From Ascidiella aspersa (taxonomy: Eukaryota): 64,000 nucleotides of DNA. The position numbers and the translations under genes are program-made. Below are positions 62,138-64,000 of this stretch, piece by piece. Numbering within the stretch: the stretch's first letter is position 1; each line of letters starts with the position of its first letter. Below the pieces are notes generated by a model, which was given only the letters and a program-made list of their open reading frames with translations, was not told the origin of the DNA and did not search any database. The stretch spans positions 3,038,001 to 3,102,000 of the forward strand of contig OZ004607.1 of NCBI GenBank assembly GCA_963924565.1, given 5' to 3'.

Positions 62138-62839
62138 ATAAGTAAAATAAAACAATAACCTGCTGACAATGGTTTTGGATTTCCATAAAGATAAGCCCAT
62201 CTACAGCAGTATAGATAAACGACTTGAAAAAAGAATCTAAAACAGTGTTTTTTAACATTTTTTCGCAGCCCCAAATACTAAACTATTATAGGCATAACAG
62301 TGAAGCTCTGGCGACCAAATTTTTTTCACTGAACTTTTTGTAAGCCTATAGCAGGCGTCACAAAACGTCGTTGGCCGAGGTAAATTTTTAATTGTTTTGA
62401 GTTTACTTGATTTCTATTAAACGAAACAAATATAAACAAAAATAACCATTGTCGTGTGGTTTTAAGTTTTGTAAAAAAAATTAGTTTGGTGTTGCATCTG
62501 ACAAAATATTCTGTTACCGTAATTAAATACTTTAAACTTAGAAGGAAATTGGCGCGAGCCGGAATAAGTAAATCGGCGGGCCATAGTTTGGTTACCCCTA
62601 CTGGCCTTAAGTGAACAAACACAAAAAATAAGATAACAGCACACATATGTGGGTGTTTCATTTATAAAAAGCAAAAAAATAATACAACAGGCAAATAAGT
62701 CGAAACTTGATCAAAGACACGTCATGGTGTTGCTCACGCAATTTTATCTCAATAAATTCAACCAAGTAAATTACAGCAGAGCAAAACAAACAGCCACCCA
62801 ATGTTGGGCCGCGACGCATGGTTGAGAAACACATAAGCC

Positions 62840-63512
62840 TTAAAAAAATGCGGCTGCGCAAAGACGCTGCATTTCTCCTGTCTTCCGTTTATGGTCACGC
62901 TTCTCTTCTTCGCCGTCAAAGTCCCCAGCCTGCTCAAATACCGACATGGCTTTACGGAAAGACTGATGGGCGTCCTGCACCTGGCTGAGGTGAAGGTAGG
63001 CTGAGCCCAGGTTGTGGTAGAAGGTGCCGTAAATCTTCATCTTTAGCACTGCGTCCTCTCCGTAAACTCCCCGCATAAACTGGATACCCTCCTTCAAGGT
63101 CTCAATGCGCCCGTTAAAATCGCCTGCTGACAGCTGGATGGTTTCAAGCGCGTGGAAGGACATGTTCTGGAGCATTCTGAAGGCGTGCACCACCATGTCT
63201 TTGGTCTCCTGTACCGCTATAACAACCTTGTGCATCCTTTTACAAGGCGGCACCACATAGCGGCGTACAAACTGCTTGGACTTGCCTGACTGCTCAACTA
63301 GTTGGCCGGCCGATTCTCGCAGCACAACCATACATTTAAGCGTGTAGGCCGCTGACAGCTGAGTAAGGACCGCGTGGTCGCTTAGTTCCTCAGCTACCAG
63401 GCAGAGCATGGCGGCGGCCAGGTGGTCTTGGCGCTCACCGAACTTTTCGGCGATGATCAGGATCTCCTTCGAGTTGCTGGTAAAGTCGCTACGGATGAGA
63501 TCCACCAACGAT
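62840..63512 (-). CDS. Terminal exon of an uncharacterised helical protein with a C-terminal TPR-like repeat; 5' end unresolved
   Basis: GC-rich coding-like block beginning after a T-rich acceptor (tttttttttcactccag ending 63513). TPR-like segment YGTFYHNLGSAYLHLSQVQDAHQSFRKAMSVFE; TAA at 62842-62840. The ORF-track extension to 63787 runs through AT-rich tandem-repeat intron sequence. Confidence 0.7.
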
Positions 63513-63534
63513 CTGGAGTGAAAAAAAAAAGATG

Positions 63535-63820
63535 TAGAGGAAAATAGCAAAATATCGGTCTTTACAAAAGCATTTAAGTGTGGTTGATTTCCGGTAAAAA
63601 GGTACTTAAATTCGCTTTGAAATGGTTGTTTTATTTGAAAAACGTTTATTATTATAGAGAAAAATAGTAAAATGTTAGTCTTTACGAAAGCATTAAAGGG
63701 TGTATTCCGGTAAAAAAAGGTATTTAAATTCGCTTCAAAATCTTTGTTTTTTTGAAAAAAGTTTATTATTTTAGAGAAAAATAGCAAAATGTTGGCCTTT
63801 AAGAAGGCGCTTAAAGGTGA
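63535..63820. repeat. Tandem repeat of about 120 bp, about 2.4 copies
   Basis: Recurrent tagagaaaaatagcaaaatgtt..tctttac..aagcattaaag. Confidence 0.8.
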
Positions 63821-64000
63821 AAGGAATGTGTAAAATAAGAAGATATTTCCTCACCCTTACGCATAAATGACGAAAATGCCTTCTTTAAACCCTCCCGTCT
63901 TGTTCAAAGTCAGTCATTTATAAGTGTTAGTCATTTGAAAGAGAAATGTCGCAGCCTAGAGAATACTTGCGTTTAAAGGCCCGCGAATTTTACTATTTTA

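Noticed and set aside
63513-63787. N-terminal 90 aa of the 315-aa ORF
   Set aside because: It is an F/K/N-rich translation of an AT-rich tandem repeat lying upstream of a strong acceptor, so it is intronic.

Overview
This is an AT-rich, intron-containing animal genomic window. The compact gene layout and a fibronectin type I-like module suggest an invertebrate chordate such as an ascidian, but that is inference. Most real genes are split and largely missed by the ORF track. Hand-splicing gives five protein-coding loci. (1) A MAP1/Futsch-family gene on the minus strand, with 12 coding exons here, continuing off the left edge. (2) A divergently oriented MacroD-type macrodomain gene with an intronless CDS. 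(3) A 14-exon divergent TRPC-family channel. (4) A 7-exon small secreted Cys-rich protein combining a VWC module with fibronectin type I-like modules. (5) The 3' exon of a TPR-like gene at the right edge. A decayed Sushi-domain gene appears nested in TRPC intron 6. Non-coding DNA is dense with hAT-type MITEs (8-bp TSDs), tRNA-derived SINE-like elements and local tandem duplications. The most striking signal is at least five families of short palindromic, Penelope-like insertions carrying minimal hammerhead-ribozyme cores, with 11-12 bp TSDs in families A, B and C. One family has a U3-A8 covariant core and has been amplified, together with the terminal-exon splice acceptor, into an array of about 11 units filling the last TRPC intron.
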